From an uncultured PS1 clade bacterium (GTDB taxonomy: Bacteria > Pseudomonadota > Alphaproteobacteria > MED-G09): a stretch of DNA of 64,000 bases. Positions 33,561 through 44,729 of this stretch are shown here, one piece after another. Below the pieces are notes generated by a model. It worked only from the letters and a program-made list of their open reading frames with translations, had not been told where the DNA came from and ran no database searches. The number at the start of each line of letters is the position of its first letter. The first letter of the stretch is position 1. The position numbers and the translations under genes were made by a program. The stretch covers positions 3,668 through 67,667 of the forward strand of contig CACANC010000001.1 of NCBI GenBank assembly GCA_902533755.1, written 5' to 3'.

Positions 33561-35749
33561 TATGATGCTTTTGATAAGTAATTATTAAACCAACTTTCAT
33601 ATATTTCCTTCAATTCAAGAATATTAATCTTTTTATTATTTATGATAATTTTATTCTTACAAGTTTGACCAATTTCTTCAAAAAAAACATTTTTTTTATT
33701 TAAAAGCAATCTAACATCTTCAATTTTATGTTTTTCAACAGCAACTGCATATCTTGCTTGATCTTCGCCAAATAAGTATGAATTAAGATTATCTTTTTCA
33801 ATATTAATATTAAAACCTATGAGATTCTTCATACTCATTTCAGTAAGCGCAATTAGTAATCCGCCATCAGAAATATCATGCGATGTATCAATAAATCTTT
33901 TATTTATTAATTCTTTTAAAGCTAAACCATTTTTTAGCTCTTCTTCAAGATTTACCTTTGGTGGCAAACCATTTTTATAATTCAGTAGTTCATTTGCGTA
34001 TATTGATTGAGTTAAATGTCCGGTTGTTTTTCCTATAATTAAAATGAAATCATCTTTTCTTTTAAGGTTTTGATCAGAGAAAATATCTAGATTTTCAACA
34101 ACTCCAACCCCACCAATCACTGGGGTAGGATTAATTCCTTTTCCATTAGTTTCATTATAAAGAGACACATTACCCGATACTACTGGGAAATTTAAAGTGT
34201 TACAGGCCTCAATCATTCCCTTAATAACTCCTGCAAATTGACCCATAATCTCTTTTTTCTCAGGATTACCAAAATTCATACAATCAGTTATTGCAATTGG
34301 AAGTGATCCTACGGAAATTAAATTCCTCCATGCTTCAGCTACAGCTTGTTTACCGCCCTCATATGGATCCGATGCGCAATATCTTGGAGTTGAGTCTGAT
34401 GTTACAGATAAACCTTTATTGGTTCCATGAACTCTAATGATAGCTGAATCACCTCCTGGTAAAAGTACAGTATCTGTCATAACCATATGATCATATTGTT
34501 CCCAAACCCATTTTCGACTACATAAATTTGGTGAAGAAATCATTTTTTTTAATATTGAAATGGGGCTCTCATTTATAAGTATATCTTCTTTTATATCTTC
34601 ATCATCAAAGATATTTATTTCGTATGGTCTTTTGTAGGAAGGCGCACCTTTTTCTAAAATATCCAATATGATATCAGCTTTTGTTTCTTTTTGATGATTG
34701 ATGATCAGTCTATTTGTATCTGTTAATTTTCCAATTACAGAAAAGTCTAACTCCCATTTTTCAAAAATTTCTTTGGCAATATTTTCTTTATCAGGCTCTA
34801 AAATCATAAGCATTCTTTCCTGACTTTCTGATAGCATTATTTCATAAGCTGACATTTTTTCTTCTCTACAAGGAACCTTATCTAAATCAAGTTCTATACC
34901 TAAATTACCTTTACCAGCCATCTCAACAGCAGATGATGTTAATCCCGCTGCACCCATATCTTGAATAGCAACAATTACATCCATTTTCATAAGCTCCATA
35001 CATGCTTCTAAAAGAAGTTTTTCTGAAAAAGGATCGCCTACCTGAACTGTTGGTCTCTTTTCTTCAGAGTTTTCATCAAATTCTGCTGAAGCCATTGTTG
35101 CTCCATGAATCCCGTCTCTACCTGTTTTTGATCCAACATAAACAACTGAATTACCAATTCCCGATGCCTTTGAATAAAAGATCTTATTTTTTTTAGCTAT
35201 TCCAACGCACATAGCGTTAACAAGTATATTGTCATTGTACGATGAATTAAATTCAACTTCACCACCAACTGTTGGAATTCCCATACAATTTCCATATCCA
35301 CCAATGCCCGAAACAACACCTGTTAGTAAATGTTTAGTTTTTTCATGAGAGGTTTCACCAAATCTAATTGAGTTTAAAAGCGCAACTGGCCTAGCCCCCA
35401 TCGTAAACACATCTCTAAGTATTCCTCCTACACCAGTTGCTGCACCTTGGTAAGGTTCAATAAAAGAAGGGTGATTATGGCTTTCCATTTTAAAAACGGC
35501 CGCATAACCATCACCAATATCAATTACTCCAGCATTCTCACCTGGTCCTTGGATAACGAATTCGTTTTTTGTAGGTAGTTGGCTTAACCAGTATTTTGAT
35601 GATTTATAAGAGCAATGCTCAGACCACATCGCAGAAAAAATACCGAGTTCTGTAATTGTAGGTTCTCTTCTCAATGATTTTAAAATAAAATCATATTCTT
35701 CTGAATTAATACCGTGTTCTTCGACAATTTCTTTCGTAATTTTAATCAC
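33560..35749 (-). CDS. purL: Phosphoribosylformylglycinamidine synthase subunit PurL
   Basis: 729 aa. Small PurL of the three-subunit PurLQS system, with AIRS-like domains. Followed by purQ and purS. Confidence 0.92.
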   Translation of the reverse strand: MIKITKEIVEEHGINSEEYDFILKSLRREPTITELGIFSAMWSEHCSYKSSKYWLSQLPTKNEFVIQGPGENAGVIDIGDGYAAVFKMESHNHPSFIEPYQGAATGVGGILRDVFTMGARPVALLNSIRFGETSHEKTKHLLTGVVSGIGGYGNCMGIPTVGGEVEFNSSYNDNILVNAMCVGIAKKNKIFYSKASGIGNSVVYVGSKTGRDGIHGATMASAEFDENSEEKRPTVQVGDPFSEKLLLEACMELMKMDVIVAIQDMGAAGLTSSAVEMAGKGNLGIELDLDKVPCREEKMSAYEIMLSESQERMLMILEPDKENIAKEIFEKWELDFSVIGKLTDTNRLIINHQKETKADIILDILEKGAPSYKRPYEINIFDDEDIKEDILINESPISILKKMISSPNLCSRKWVWEQYDHMVMTDTVLLPGGDSAIIRVHGTNKGLSVTSDSTPRYCASDPYEGGKQAVAEAWRNLISVGSLPIAITDCMNFGNPEKKEIMGQFAGVIKGMIEACNTLNFPVVSGNVSLYNETNGKGINPTPVIGGVGVVENLDIFSDQNLKRKDDFILIIGKTTGHLTQSIYANELLNYKNGLPPKVNLEEELKNGLALKELINKRFIDTSHDISDGGLLIALTEMSMKNLIGFNINIEKDNLNSYLFGEDQARYAVAVEKHKIEDVRLLLNKKNVFFEEIGQTCKNKIIINNKKINILELKEIYESWFNNYLSKAS

Positions 35750-36435
35750 AATAAAAACTCCGATATAGATTTAAAAAGGTTTTCTCCATCTGTAAGTTTT
35801 GTAATTTCACATGTTGCTCTTTCAGGATGAGGCATCATACCTAAAACATTACCTTGCTCATTTGTTATACCAGCAATATTTTCAATTGAACCATTTGGAT
35901 TTGTTTCATTATTTACCTCTCCATTTTGATTACAATATTTAAAAGTTATTTGATTTGAGTCTTTAATTTTTTTTAATGTATCTTCATTAGCAAAAAAATT
36001 ACCTTCATTGTGAGCAATAGGTATATTGATTACTTCATTTTGCTTATATTTTTTAGAAAAATTTGTTTCATTATTCTCAACCTTTATTGAAACAGTCTTA
36101 CATAAAAAGGAAAGACAATCATTTTTAATGAGTGTTCCAGGTAGCAATCCCGATTCTGTAAGGATTTGAAAACCATTACATATTCCTAAAGTTGGTAATC
36201 CGTCTGTTGCTTTTTTAATGACATCATTCATAATTGGGCTATTTGCTGCGATAGAACCACATCTTAAATAATCTCCAAATGTAAATCCGCCTGGAATAAC
36301 TATTAAATCTGAATCTGGTATGGAGGTTTCTTTATGCCAGACCATTATTGGCTCTATATCTGTAAGTTTTTTAATAGATACAGCGATATCTCTATCGCAA
36401 TTTGATCCAGGAAAGACAATTATAGATGCCTTCAT
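35746..36435 (-). CDS. purQ: Phosphoribosylformylglycinamidine synthase glutaminase subunit PurQ
   Basis: 229 aa. Class I glutamine amidotransferase with catalytic Cys (GICNGFQ) and His (HPER). Confidence 0.9.
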   Translation of the reverse strand: MKASIIVFPGSNCDRDIAVSIKKLTDIEPIMVWHKETSIPDSDLIVIPGGFTFGDYLRCGSIAANSPIMNDVIKKATDGLPTLGICNGFQILTESGLLPGTLIKNDCLSFLCKTVSIKVENNETNFSKKYKQNEVINIPIAHNEGNFFANEDTLKKIKDSNQITFKYCNQNGEVNNETNPNGSIENIAGITNEQGNVLGMMPHPERATCEITKLTDGENLFKSISEFLL

Positions 36436-36681
36436 TTATTTTTCTCTATCAAAAATAATTTCGTAATCTTCAATAATTAGATTAACTAATAATTTTTTAC
36501 ACATTTCATCGGCAATATTTATCGCTTGATCTTTATCTGCATCAATATCAATTTCGATAATTTTTCCTTGTCGAATTTCTGAGAACTTTTTGAAACCAAG
36601 TTGACTCAATGAATTTTCTATTGCTTTACCTTGAGGATCAAGAACTCCATTTTTAGGCATTATTTTTACATTTAATTTCAT
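36436..36681 (-). CDS. purS: Phosphoribosylformylglycinamidine synthase subunit PurS
   Basis: 81 aa. Position and size in purS-purQ-purL order. Confidence 0.85.
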   Translation of the reverse strand: MKLNVKIMPKNGVLDPQGKAIENSLSQLGFKKFSEIRQGKIIEIDIDADKDQAINIADEMCKKLLVNLIIEDYEIIFDREK

Positions 36682-36693
36682 AGCGTTAATTTA

Positions 36694-37410
36694 TTATTGA
36701 ATTTTTATTCCTAACCGAGTCGCTACTTCTTTGTAAGCATCAATTAATCCCCCAAGGTTTTTTCTGAATCTATCTTTATCTAGTTTTTCAGATGAGGATT
36801 TATCCCATAATCTACAAGAATCAGGACTGATTTCATCAGCCAAAATTACTTTTTTATCAATAATAAGACGACCAAATTCAATCTTAAAATCAACTAATTG
36901 AATATTTATAGAAGAAAAAAGTTGCAAAAGAAGCCTATTGATTATTAGGGCTTGGTCTTTAATATCGTTGATTTCGTCTTTTTCAGCGTATTCCAGAACA
37001 TCAATATGTTCCTCAGATACAATAGGGTCATCTAATTCATCGCTCTTAAGCGTAAACTCAATAAGGGGTTTTTTTAACTTTAATCCTTCTTGAATGCCCA
37101 GTCTTTTAGTTAGTGTTCCTGTTGCAATATTTCGAACAATAACTTCAACAGGAATTATATCTACTTTTTTTACAAGCTGCTCTCTATCATTCAATCGCTC
37201 TATAAAATGATTTTCTACTCCATTTTCACTTAAATATTTGAAAATAAACTCACTTATAAAATTATTAAGAATTCCTTTTTCATTAATAATTTCATGTTTC
37301 TTTTTATTAAATGCAGTAGCGTCATCCTTAAAGTATTGAATTATTTTATTATCATCATAAAAAAATAATGTCTTAGCCTTGCCTTCATAAATGAGTTCTT
37401 TTTTTGTCAT
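36694..37410 (-). CDS. purC: SAICAR synthetase
   Basis: 238 aa. N-terminal LIYEGKAKTLF is typical of PurC. Confidence 0.9.
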   Translation of the reverse strand: MTKKELIYEGKAKTLFFYDDNKIIQYFKDDATAFNKKKHEIINEKGILNNFISEFIFKYLSENGVENHFIERLNDREQLVKKVDIIPVEVIVRNIATGTLTKRLGIQEGLKLKKPLIEFTLKSDELDDPIVSEEHIDVLEYAEKDEINDIKDQALIINRLLLQLFSSINIQLVDFKIEFGRLIIDKKVILADEISPDSCRLWDKSSSEKLDKDRFRKNLGGLIDAYKEVATRLGIKIQ

Positions 37411-37425
37411 AGTATTAAAATTTAC

Positions 37426-38178
37426 TCATTTATATTTAATAGATTCTTTAGATAATTGTACCTTCAAATCATCAATAGCCTTAATTAGTGAATTATTGTC
37501 TAATGATGAAATTTCTATTTTTACTCCAAAATCATCTTTAGTATTATAAAATGGATAGCTACCAATACTAACATTTATGTTATTTTCGACTGTTTTTTCT
37601 AAAATTTTTGCTATTTCACCTTCTGGTGAATCAACCACTAATGTTGATTTATTAATTCTATCTTTTTTTTCTATTCCTTTAAGGGTTTCATCCAACATTG
37701 ATTTCATAACTTCTGGTATTCCTGCAAATACATAGACATTTTCAATATTAAACCCAGGAGCAGCAGAAATTTGATTTTTTATTAATTTAGCTCCTTTTGG
37801 AATTCTTGCCATTCGTTGACGTATATCATTAAATTCTGTTCCTAAATTATTATAATAATCCTCTAAAATTTTATAAGCTTCATTATTTACTTCTAATTTA
37901 ACATTAAATGCTTTTGCAATACTTTCTGCTGTTACATCATCATGAGTTGGTCCAATCCCTCCAGTGGTAAAAACATATTTGAATCTTTTTCTTAGTTCGT
38001 TTACTGCATTTATAATTTCTTCCTCGCTATCTGACACAGTTCTGCTTTCAGAAATTGAGATACCATGCTCATCCAATTTTGTTGCAATATAGTTGAAATT
38101 TTTATCTATAGTTCGACCCGATAATATTTCATTACCTATAATTAATACGGAAGCATTTTCATAAAATAAATTGTTCAT
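37426..38178 (-). CDS. CinA-like / MoaB-MogA-fold molybdopterin-binding domain protein
   Basis: 250 aa. VLIIGNEILSGRTIDKN ... TTGGIGPTHDD is the MoCF-biosynthesis-domain signature of CinA N-terminal domains. Confidence 0.7.
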   Translation of the reverse strand: MNNLFYENASVLIIGNEILSGRTIDKNFNYIATKLDEHGISISESRTVSDSEEEIINAVNELRKRFKYVFTTGGIGPTHDDVTAESIAKAFNVKLEVNNEAYKILEDYYNNLGTEFNDIRQRMARIPKGAKLIKNQISAAPGFNIENVYVFAGIPEVMKSMLDETLKGIEKKDRINKSTLVVDSPEGEIAKILEKTVENNINVSIGSYPFYNTKDDFGVKIEISSLDNNSLIKAIDDLKVQLSKESIKYK

Positions 38179-38258
38179 AACATCTTTTAACAGTTTCGTT
38201 TAAAGCGGACAACATACAGATACTAGATGTATACTAAATTTTAATATATAACTTTCCT

Positions 38259-39080
38259 ATGGATTATATTGAAGAAAAATATGCTTCTGGAAGAATTACT
38301 GGACAAATAAAAATTCACCAGAAAGAAGATTTTCAGGGAATGAGAAAAGTCGGAAAACTTGCTGCAGAATTATTAGATTTATTTGTAAAAAAAGTAGAAC
38401 CCGGCGTAACGACTGAAAGCCTTGATAAATTTGCTTTAGAATTTATTCTTGATAATAATGCAACGCCTGCTCCTTTAAATTATAGAGGATTTAAGAAATC
38501 AATTTGCACATCTGTTAACCATGTTGTTTGCCATGGAATACCTGGAGAAAAAATTCTTAATAATGGAGATGTTGTAAACATTGATGTCACACTTATTCTT
38601 GATGGATGGCATGGCGATACATCTAGGATGTATAGTGCAGGGGAACCATCAGTAAAATCCAAAAACCTAATTAATACTACCTATGAAAGTTTGATGTTAT
38701 CTCTTGATATGATTAAGCCAGGTTTATTGCTAGGAGATCTTGGAAACTTTATACAAAATTATGCAGAGGATAGAAACTTCTCAGTTGTTAGAGAATTTTG
38801 TGGTCATGGTATTGGAAGGGTTTTTCACGATGAGCCAAATATCCTTCATTATGGGGTAGAGGGCTCAGGTATAGAAATAAGAGAAGGTATGTTTTTTACT
38901 GTTGAACCAATGGTTAATGCAGGTAAGCCAGGCACAAAGATGCTGCCCGATGGATGGACTGCTGTCACTAGAGATCGTTCTTTATCAGCGCAATTTGAAC
39001 ATTCTATTGGCGTTACTAAAGATGGAATAGAAATTTTTACGAAATCGCTTAATAATACGGGCAATCCAATAGCGACATGA
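38259..39080 (+). CDS. map: Type I methionine aminopeptidase
   Basis: 273 aa. Pita-bread metal ligands in conserved context (DGWHGD, FCGHGIG, FTVEPM). Confidence 0.9.
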   Translation: MDYIEEKYASGRITGQIKIHQKEDFQGMRKVGKLAAELLDLFVKKVEPGVTTESLDKFALEFILDNNATPAPLNYRGFKKSICTSVNHVVCHGIPGEKILNNGDVVNIDVTLILDGWHGDTSRMYSAGEPSVKSKNLINTTYESLMLSLDMIKPGLLLGDLGNFIQNYAEDRNFSVVREFCGHGIGRVFHDEPNILHYGVEGSGIEIREGMFFTVEPMVNAGKPGTKMLPDGWTAVTRDRSLSAQFEHSIGVTKDGIEIFTKSLNNTGNPIAT

Positions 39081-39103
39081 AACTTAATAGAAAGTAATAA
39101 AAA

Positions 39104-40414
39104 ATGATCCCTAGATATTCTCGAAAACAAATGACTGACATTTGGGAAGAACAAAATAGATTTGAAATATGGGTAAAGATTGAAATTGCTGCCTTGGAAG
39201 CAATGGAACAAATAAATATAGTGCCTAAAGGAACATCCGTAAAAGTAGAAAAAAAAGCTAGCTTTGATATCGATAGAATAAATGAAATTGAAAAAGAAAT
39301 TAAACATGATGTCTTAGCATTTTTAACAAATTTATCTGAAAATGTTGGTCCAGATTCAAGATTTATTCATCAAGGGATGACATCTTCAGATGTCATAGAT
39401 ACTTGTTTAAATATTCAGTTAAAACAGGCAGGAAATATTCTTTTAACTGGCTTAGATGATTTGATTGTTTCTTTAAAGAAAAAGTCCATAGAAAATAAAA
39501 ATACAATTTGCATGGGTAGAAGTCATGGTATCCATGCTGAACCAACAACTTTTGGATTAAAAATGCTTCAAGCTTATGAGGAGTTCTGTCGAAATAAAAT
39601 TAGGCTTGAAAGTGCAATTGAAGAAATCAATACATGTGCAATCTCAGGCTCTGTTGGAACCTTTGCTAACATTGATCCTTTTGTTGAAGAATATGTTGCT
39701 AAAAAGTTGGGTTTAAATATTGAACCTATTTCTACTCAGGTGATTCCAAGGGATAGGCATGCTGCCTTCTTTTCTGCATTAGCAATTATAGCCAGTTCAA
39801 TTGAAAGATTGGCAACTGAAATTAGACACCTACAGCGCTCAGAGGTAATGGAGGTAGCTGAATATTTTTCAGAAAACCAGAAAGGATCTTCTTCTATGCC
39901 ACATAAAAGAAATCCTATACTCACAGAAAATTTAACTGGTTTAGCTAGAATAGTTAGGAGCTCGGTGATACCAGCTTTAGAAAATGTTTCTTTGTGGCAT
40001 GAAAGAGACATATCACATTCAAGCGTTGAAAGAATGATAGGGCCAGACGCTACTATTACTCTTGATTTTGCGCTTAATAGGCTGATTAATGTTATAGATG
40101 AGCTTGTTGTATACCCCGATCAAATGCTTAGAAACTTAAATCAATTTGGCGGTCTGGTCTTTTCTCAAAGACTATTATTAGTTTTAACTCAAAAAGAAGT
40201 AAGCAGAGAGGAGTCATATAAAGTTGTTCAAAAAAATGCAATGTTGGCATGGGAAAGTTATGGCAGTGAAGATCCATTAATGTTTGAAGAATTAGTAAAA
40301 AAAGATGAATTCATTACTTCCACTTTAACTAAGAAAGAGATAGAAGATATTTTTGATTTAAAATATCATATTAAAAATATTGATAATATCTTTAAAAGAG
40401 TTCTGGAGAAGTAA
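39104..40414 (+). CDS. purB: Adenylosuccinate lyase
   Basis: 436 aa. Fumarate-lyase signature (GSSSMPHKRNP). Confidence 0.92.
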   Translation: MIPRYSRKQMTDIWEEQNRFEIWVKIEIAALEAMEQINIVPKGTSVKVEKKASFDIDRINEIEKEIKHDVLAFLTNLSENVGPDSRFIHQGMTSSDVIDTCLNIQLKQAGNILLTGLDDLIVSLKKKSIENKNTICMGRSHGIHAEPTTFGLKMLQAYEEFCRNKIRLESAIEEINTCAISGSVGTFANIDPFVEEYVAKKLGLNIEPISTQVIPRDRHAAFFSALAIIASSIERLATEIRHLQRSEVMEVAEYFSENQKGSSSMPHKRNPILTENLTGLARIVRSSVIPALENVSLWHERDISHSSVERMIGPDATITLDFALNRLINVIDELVVYPDQMLRNLNQFGGLVFSQRLLLVLTQKEVSREESYKVVQKNAMLAWESYGSEDPLMFEELVKKDEFITSTLTKKEIEDIFDLKYHIKNIDNIFKRVLEK

Positions 40415-40416
40415 AT

Positions 40417-40504
40417 GCGGACATGGTGGAATTGGTAGACACATCAGACTTAAAATCTGAAGGAGATTATCTCCGTCCCGGTTCGAGTCCGGGTGTCCGC
40501 ACCA
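40417..40504 (+). tRNA. tRNA-Leu (anticodon UAA), class II with long variable arm
   Basis: Folded by hand. 7-bp acceptor stem gcggaca/tgtccgc, 3-bp D stem, anticodon stem tcaga/tctga with loop cuUAAaa, variable arm ggaga-ttat-ctcc, T arm cccgg-ttcgagt-ccggg, and encoded CCA. Confidence 0.85.
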
Positions 40505-40514
40505 TTAAAAATTA

Positions 40515-40727
40515 CTATTCTTTTAAATCATCTAAATAATCAATTGCATCAACTAGGTTATAAATAGTACCGCAATATGGACAAATAATTTGTTTATTTT
40601 TTCCCATTTCTAGAGAAACATGAGGATGGTCGTGTGGTTGTGAAGCCCCTATGCATATGAATTTGGTGAATGTAATTTGAATTTCCTTTTTTCCATCATC
40701 ATTAGCAATTTTAGGTAATTCGCTCAT
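40515..40727 (-). CDS. Small zinc-ribbon protein (zf-CHCC / NDUFS6-like)
   Basis: 70 aa. HDHPHV...CPYCG Cys/His cluster is typical of the short zinc-finger proteins of alphaproteobacteria. Confidence 0.5.
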   Translation of the reverse strand: MSELPKIANDDGKKEIQITFTKFICIGASQPHDHPHVSLEMGKNKQIICPYCGTIYNLVDAIDYLDDLKE

Positions 40728-40730
40728 TTT

Positions 40731-41510
40731 TTAACCTTTAGGTAAATTTAGATGCATTCCTGCATCAGAGATTAAGGTTTCTCCAGTTATATGTTCTGCG
40801 CCTTCAAGGCAAAAGAATACAGCGCTATCGGCAATATCATCTGGAGTACCAGCTTTATTTAATGGGGTTATGCTCTCTTGATCTTTTTTTATTCTGTCAA
40901 AAGTTTCTTTGCCAAACCTATTTTCAAACCAGCCTGTTCCAATGAATCCTGGACATACGGTGTTTACCCTTATTTCGGGTCCAAGAGCCTTTGCTAAAGA
41001 CAATGTCATTGTGTTAAGAGCTCCTTTAGAAGCAGCATAAGCAATAGAAGATCCTATGCCCGTTTTTCCAGCAATAGATGATATATTTACTACTGACCCA
41101 AATCCATTTTTTTTCATAATGGGTTCAACAGCCCTAATCATTTGATAGGGCCCAATAACATTAACCTTATAGATATTGATAAAATCTTCACCACTAAGTT
41201 TGTCTAATTTAGAATGATCAGCAAATTTTGTTGTTCCTGCATTGTTAACAAGAATATCTACCTTTCCAAAAGCATCTATAGTTTCTTGAACAAGTTTTTT
41301 ACAATCATCATCGCTTGAAACATCTGCTTGCACAATTATAGCTTTAACACCATTATTAATACATTCGTCTTTAATTTTTAAAGCCATATCTTTATTGTTT
41401 GAATAATTTATTACTAAATTAATATTTCTTTGAGATAATTTGATTGCAATTGAAGCACCCAATCCTTGAGATGAACCAGTAATTATAGCTACTTTTCTAT
41501 CTTCAGACAT
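40731..41510 (-). CDS. SDR-family oxidoreductase (3-oxoacyl-ACP-reductase-like)
   Basis: 259 aa. TGSSQGLG, NNAG and YAASK catalytic motif. Confidence 0.75.
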   Translation of the reverse strand: MSEDRKVAIITGSSQGLGASIAIKLSQRNINLVINYSNNKDMALKIKDECINNGVKAIIVQADVSSDDDCKKLVQETIDAFGKVDILVNNAGTTKFADHSKLDKLSGEDFINIYKVNVIGPYQMIRAVEPIMKKNGFGSVVNISSIAGKTGIGSSIAYAASKGALNTMTLSLAKALGPEIRVNTVCPGFIGTGWFENRFGKETFDRIKKDQESITPLNKAGTPDDIADSAVFFCLEGAEHITGETLISDAGMHLNLPKG

Positions 41511-41589
41511 ATTTTACTCTTCCATTTATTATTGCAATGTAGTTATAAGTTATAAATAAAGTAAATAAAGTTATTTTTAGAGGAATGTT

Positions 41590-42321
41590 ATGAAAAAACT
41601 TTATCAAGAAGATCTTTGGAATAAAATTTTAGAAGAAGCTGAATTATTTTCTAATGATAAAACTATGGAATATTATTTTAAGAGTAATATTTTAAATTTT
41701 AATAATTTATCTGACGCATTATCTTTATTAGTAAGTAAAAATTTAAAATCACAGGAAATTCTTAAAGAAAACATTGCTCATGATGTTGGAGTAGCTTTTA
41801 CAAGTAAAGATATTATTGATGCAATTGAGGAGGATATAAATGAAATTTATCATAAAGATCCTGCATGTAATTATCTTTTTCAGCCATTACTTTTTTATAA
41901 AGGTTTTCAAGCATTACAGGCATATAGAGTGGCTAATTATTGGATTGAAGAAAAATTAGGTTTTTCAATGTACATCCAATCAATTGTTTCAGAAAAATTT
42001 AATGTTGATATACACCCTAATGCTGAGATAGGTAAAGGCATTATGATTGATCATGCATCAGGAGTTGTTATAGGTGAAACTTCTAAAGTTGGAGATTATT
42101 GTTCTATATTCCATGGAGTAACTTTAGGTGGAGTCGGTGCAGAAAAAGGTCAAAGACATCCTCAAGTAGGAAAGAATGTTTTGTTATCGGCAAATTCCAC
42201 TATAGTTGGAAATATAAAAATAGGTGACAATACAAAAATCGGGGCAGGGTCAGTGGTATTGAATGATATTCCAAAAGATTGCACAGCTGTTGGCGTACCA
42301 GCAAAGGTTATAAATAACTAA
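41590..42321 (+). CDS. cysE: Serine O-acetyltransferase
   Basis: 243 aa. SATase N-terminal helical domain plus left-handed β-helix hexapeptide repeats (IHPNAEIGKGIMIDHASGVVIGE). Confidence 0.85.
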   Translation: MKKLYQEDLWNKILEEAELFSNDKTMEYYFKSNILNFNNLSDALSLLVSKNLKSQEILKENIAHDVGVAFTSKDIIDAIEEDINEIYHKDPACNYLFQPLLFYKGFQALQAYRVANYWIEEKLGFSMYIQSIVSEKFNVDIHPNAEIGKGIMIDHASGVVIGETSKVGDYCSIFHGVTLGGVGAEKGQRHPQVGKNVLLSANSTIVGNIKIGDNTKIGAGSVVLNDIPKDCTAVGVPAKVINN

Positions 42322-42331
42322 AGGCTTAATT

Positions 42332-42742
42332 ATGAATAATGATGAGATTCTAATAATTCAAAACTATTTAAGAGATATATTTGATAATGAAGATATATCG
42401 GTAAGAAAAGATCAAGATATACCACCAACCGCATCTATTTTTATTTCTTCAGAAGCTATTGGAAGTTTACAAAAAGATGATGACCCCGATGAAGAGGATA
42501 TTTCTTATTCATTAACCATTCCAATAGATCACTCAATTGCCGATAAAGAAAACTTAGAAACAAATATTCAGTCTTTATCTAAAAAAAAGAAAATTATTAT
42601 CTCTGATAGGGGATCAATTGAGGATTCTAAGGAGGTGTTAATATTAAATGAAAATGCTGAGGAAGAATTTATAGGTGTTGTTTTTAGAGATAATGACGCC
42701 TCATGTACATTTTCGATGTCAATTTTAGATTTTGATTTATAA
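42332..42742 (+). CDS. Acidic hypothetical protein, DUF3126-like with internal insertion
   Basis: 136 aa. N-terminal [20 protein letters not shown] and C-terminal [25 protein letters not shown] resemble the ~70-aa alphaproteobacterial DUF3126 family (recollection). An acidic insert lies between them. Confidence 0.4.
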   Translation: MNNDEILIIQNYLRDIFDNEDISVRKDQDIPPTASIFISSEAIGSLQKDDDPDEEDISYSLTIPIDHSIADKENLETNIQSLSKKKKIIISDRGSIEDSKEVLILNENAEEEFIGVVFRDNDASCTFSMSILDFDL

Positions 42743-43277
42743 TGCACTGATGCCCATTTTTAAACTTAACGATAAAGAGCCAATATTACCCGATGATGAG
42801 AGATATTGGATTGCTCCTGATGCTAACATTATTGGTGATGTAAAAATGGAAGTAAATTCAAGTGTTTGGTTTTCAGCTACTCTAAGGGGTGACTGTGAGG
42901 AAATACTTATCGGAGAAAATAGCAATGTTCAAGATGGTAGTGTTTTACATACTGACTATGGTTTTCCTTTAAAAATAGGAAAGAATGTAACAATTGGTCA
43001 TCAAGTTATGCTTCATGGTTGTAGCATTGGAGATAATTCACTTATTGGTATTGGAACAGTCATTTTAAATGGAGCAAAAATTGGAAAAAATTGCCTTATT
43101 GGATCTAAAACACTTATTCCTGAAAAAAAAGAAATTCCAGATAATTCAATGGTTGTTGGGGTACCAGGTAAAGTTATAAGAGCGATTGATAAAGATATGG
43201 AAGATTTTCTAATTGCCTCAGCAGATCATTATTGTGAGAATTGGAAAAATTATAAAGAAAATTTAAAATTATTGTGA
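42732..43277 (+). CDS. Gamma-class carbonic anhydrase family protein (left-handed beta-helix)
   Basis: 181 aa. [11 protein letters not shown] and hexapeptide repeats with metal-binding His residues. A start at MPIFK (42750) would remove the overlap with the upstream gene. Confidence 0.75.
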   Translation: MIYNALMPIFKLNDKEPILPDDERYWIAPDANIIGDVKMEVNSSVWFSATLRGDCEEILIGENSNVQDGSVLHTDYGFPLKIGKNVTIGHQVMLHGCSIGDNSLIGIGTVILNGAKIGKNCLIGSKTLIPEKKEIPDNSMVVGVPGKVIRAIDKDMEDFLIASADHYCENWKNYKENLKLL

Positions 43278-43288
43278 CAGGAGGAATT

Positions 43289-44065
43289 ATGGCTTACGAA
43301 TTTGCTATTATAGAAAAAAAAGAACATTTATGGATTATAACCCTTAATAGACCAGAAAGAATGAATGCTTTGCATTCACCTGCACATAAAGAACTAGATG
43401 AAATTTTTAATAATTTTCAAAAAGATAATGATGCTTGGGTTGCAATTATAACCGGATCTGGTGATCGAGCCTTTTCAGCAGGTAATGATTTAAAATATCA
43501 AGCTGAAGGCGGTAAAATGGAGATTGTCCCATCTGGATTTGCTGGTCTTACATCAAGATATAATCTTAACAAGCCAATAATTGCAGCAGTTAATGGAGTG
43601 GCTATGGGAGGAGGCTTTGAAATTGCATTAGCATGTGATCTGATTATAGCCTCTGATAATGCAACATTTGCTCTTCCTGAACCAAAAGTTGGCTTAGCCG
43701 CTCTTGCAGGAGGTATGCACCGACTTCCAAGACAGATAGGTTTAAAAAGGGCAATGGGAATGATGTTAACAGGTAGAACAGTAAAGGCTTCAGAAGGTAA
43801 AGATCTTGGTTTTGTAAATGATGTTGTATCTCAAGAAGAATTATTAATAAGGGCTCAGGAATGGGCTAATATGATTATGGAATGTTCACCAGTTTCTATC
43901 AGAACAACTAAAAATGTTGCTTTAGATGGCTTAAATTTTTCGTCAATTGAAGAAGCAATGAATCAAAAATATGATTCAGTTAAGTCATTATTTAATAGTG
44001 AAGATTTTGTGGAAGGCCCGCTTGCTTTTTCTCAAAAAAGAAAACCTGATTGGAAAGGAAAGTAA
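43289..44065 (+). CDS. Enoyl-CoA hydratase/isomerase (crotonase fold)
   Basis: Start at MAYEF, preceded by a strong ribosome-binding site (aggagg). LNRPERMNAL and oxyanion-hole motifs (FSAGNDL, GVAMGGGFEIALACD). Confidence 0.8.
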   Translation: MAYEFAIIEKKEHLWIITLNRPERMNALHSPAHKELDEIFNNFQKDNDAWVAIITGSGDRAFSAGNDLKYQAEGGKMEIVPSGFAGLTSRYNLNKPIIAAVNGVAMGGGFEIALACDLIIASDNATFALPEPKVGLAALAGGMHRLPRQIGLKRAMGMMLTGRTVKASEGKDLGFVNDVVSQEELLIRAQEWANMIMECSPVSIRTTKNVALDGLNFSSIEEAMNQKYDSVKSLFNSEDFVEGPLAFSQKRKPDWKGK

Positions 44066-44070
44066 CTTGA

Positions 44071-44685
44071 ATGGTTAAATTTGAGTTTTTTTTTGATTGC
44101 TCCTCTCCATGGACTTATTTAGCTTTTTCAAGAATTCATTTAATTTTAGATAAATACAATGTTAAGCCGATTTGGAAGCCAATATTAGTTGGAGGTGTTT
44201 TCAATGAAGTTAATAAAGATATATATACTCAAAGAGAAAACCCAAATCCAAGAAAATTTAAATATTCAAGAAAAGATATGCAAGATTGGGCTGAGTTATC
44301 GAAAATTAAGATAAAGTGGCCATCAATATTTCCTGTAAATGCCGTTAAAATGATGCGAATAGCTATTATTGCTGAAGAAGAAAATAAATTGGTAAAATTT
44401 GCAAGTCTCTGCTTTAAGTCTTATTGGGAAGATGATCTAGATGTTGGAAATAACGATATTTTAGAAATAATAGTAAAAAATTGTGGTATGGATCCTTCAA
44501 AAACTTTTCACTCACTGCAAAAAGAAACGGTTAAAAATAAACTTAGAAATAATACTGAAAATCTTATCGAAAGGGGTGGTTTTGGGTCGCCTACGATATT
44601 TATTAATGATAATGATATGTATTTTGGTAATGATAGAATTGAGCTTATTGATTATAAATTGAATAAATTAACAAAGAATTCTTAA
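44071..44685 (+). CDS. 2-hydroxychromene-2-carboxylate isomerase-family / DsbA-like thioredoxin-fold protein
   Basis: 204 aa. N-terminal FFFDCSSPWTYLAF is typical of the HCCA isomerase/DsbA-like family. Confidence 0.6.
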   Translation: MVKFEFFFDCSSPWTYLAFSRIHLILDKYNVKPIWKPILVGGVFNEVNKDIYTQRENPNPRKFKYSRKDMQDWAELSKIKIKWPSIFPVNAVKMMRIAIIAEEENKLVKFASLCFKSYWEDDLDVGNNDILEIIVKNCGMDPSKTFHSLQKETVKNKLRNNTENLIERGGFGSPTIFINDNDMYFGNDRIELIDYKLNKLTKNS

Positions 44686-44729
44686 TTTTTTTGTTGATAT
44701 AGAAAATTTATTATGAAAGATATGTATTC

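Noticed and set aside
33001-37410. grxD-bolA placed immediately downstream of the purCSQL operon as something unusual
   Set aside because: The BolA/Grx4 pairing and its linkage to purL are commonly seen in alphaproteobacteria, so this is an ordinary core arrangement.
40417-41510. Possible genomic island integrated at tRNA-Leu
   Set aside because: No integrase, no direct repeat of the tRNA 3' end and no compositional shift downstream. The following genes (zinc ribbon, SDR, cysE) look like ordinary chromosome.
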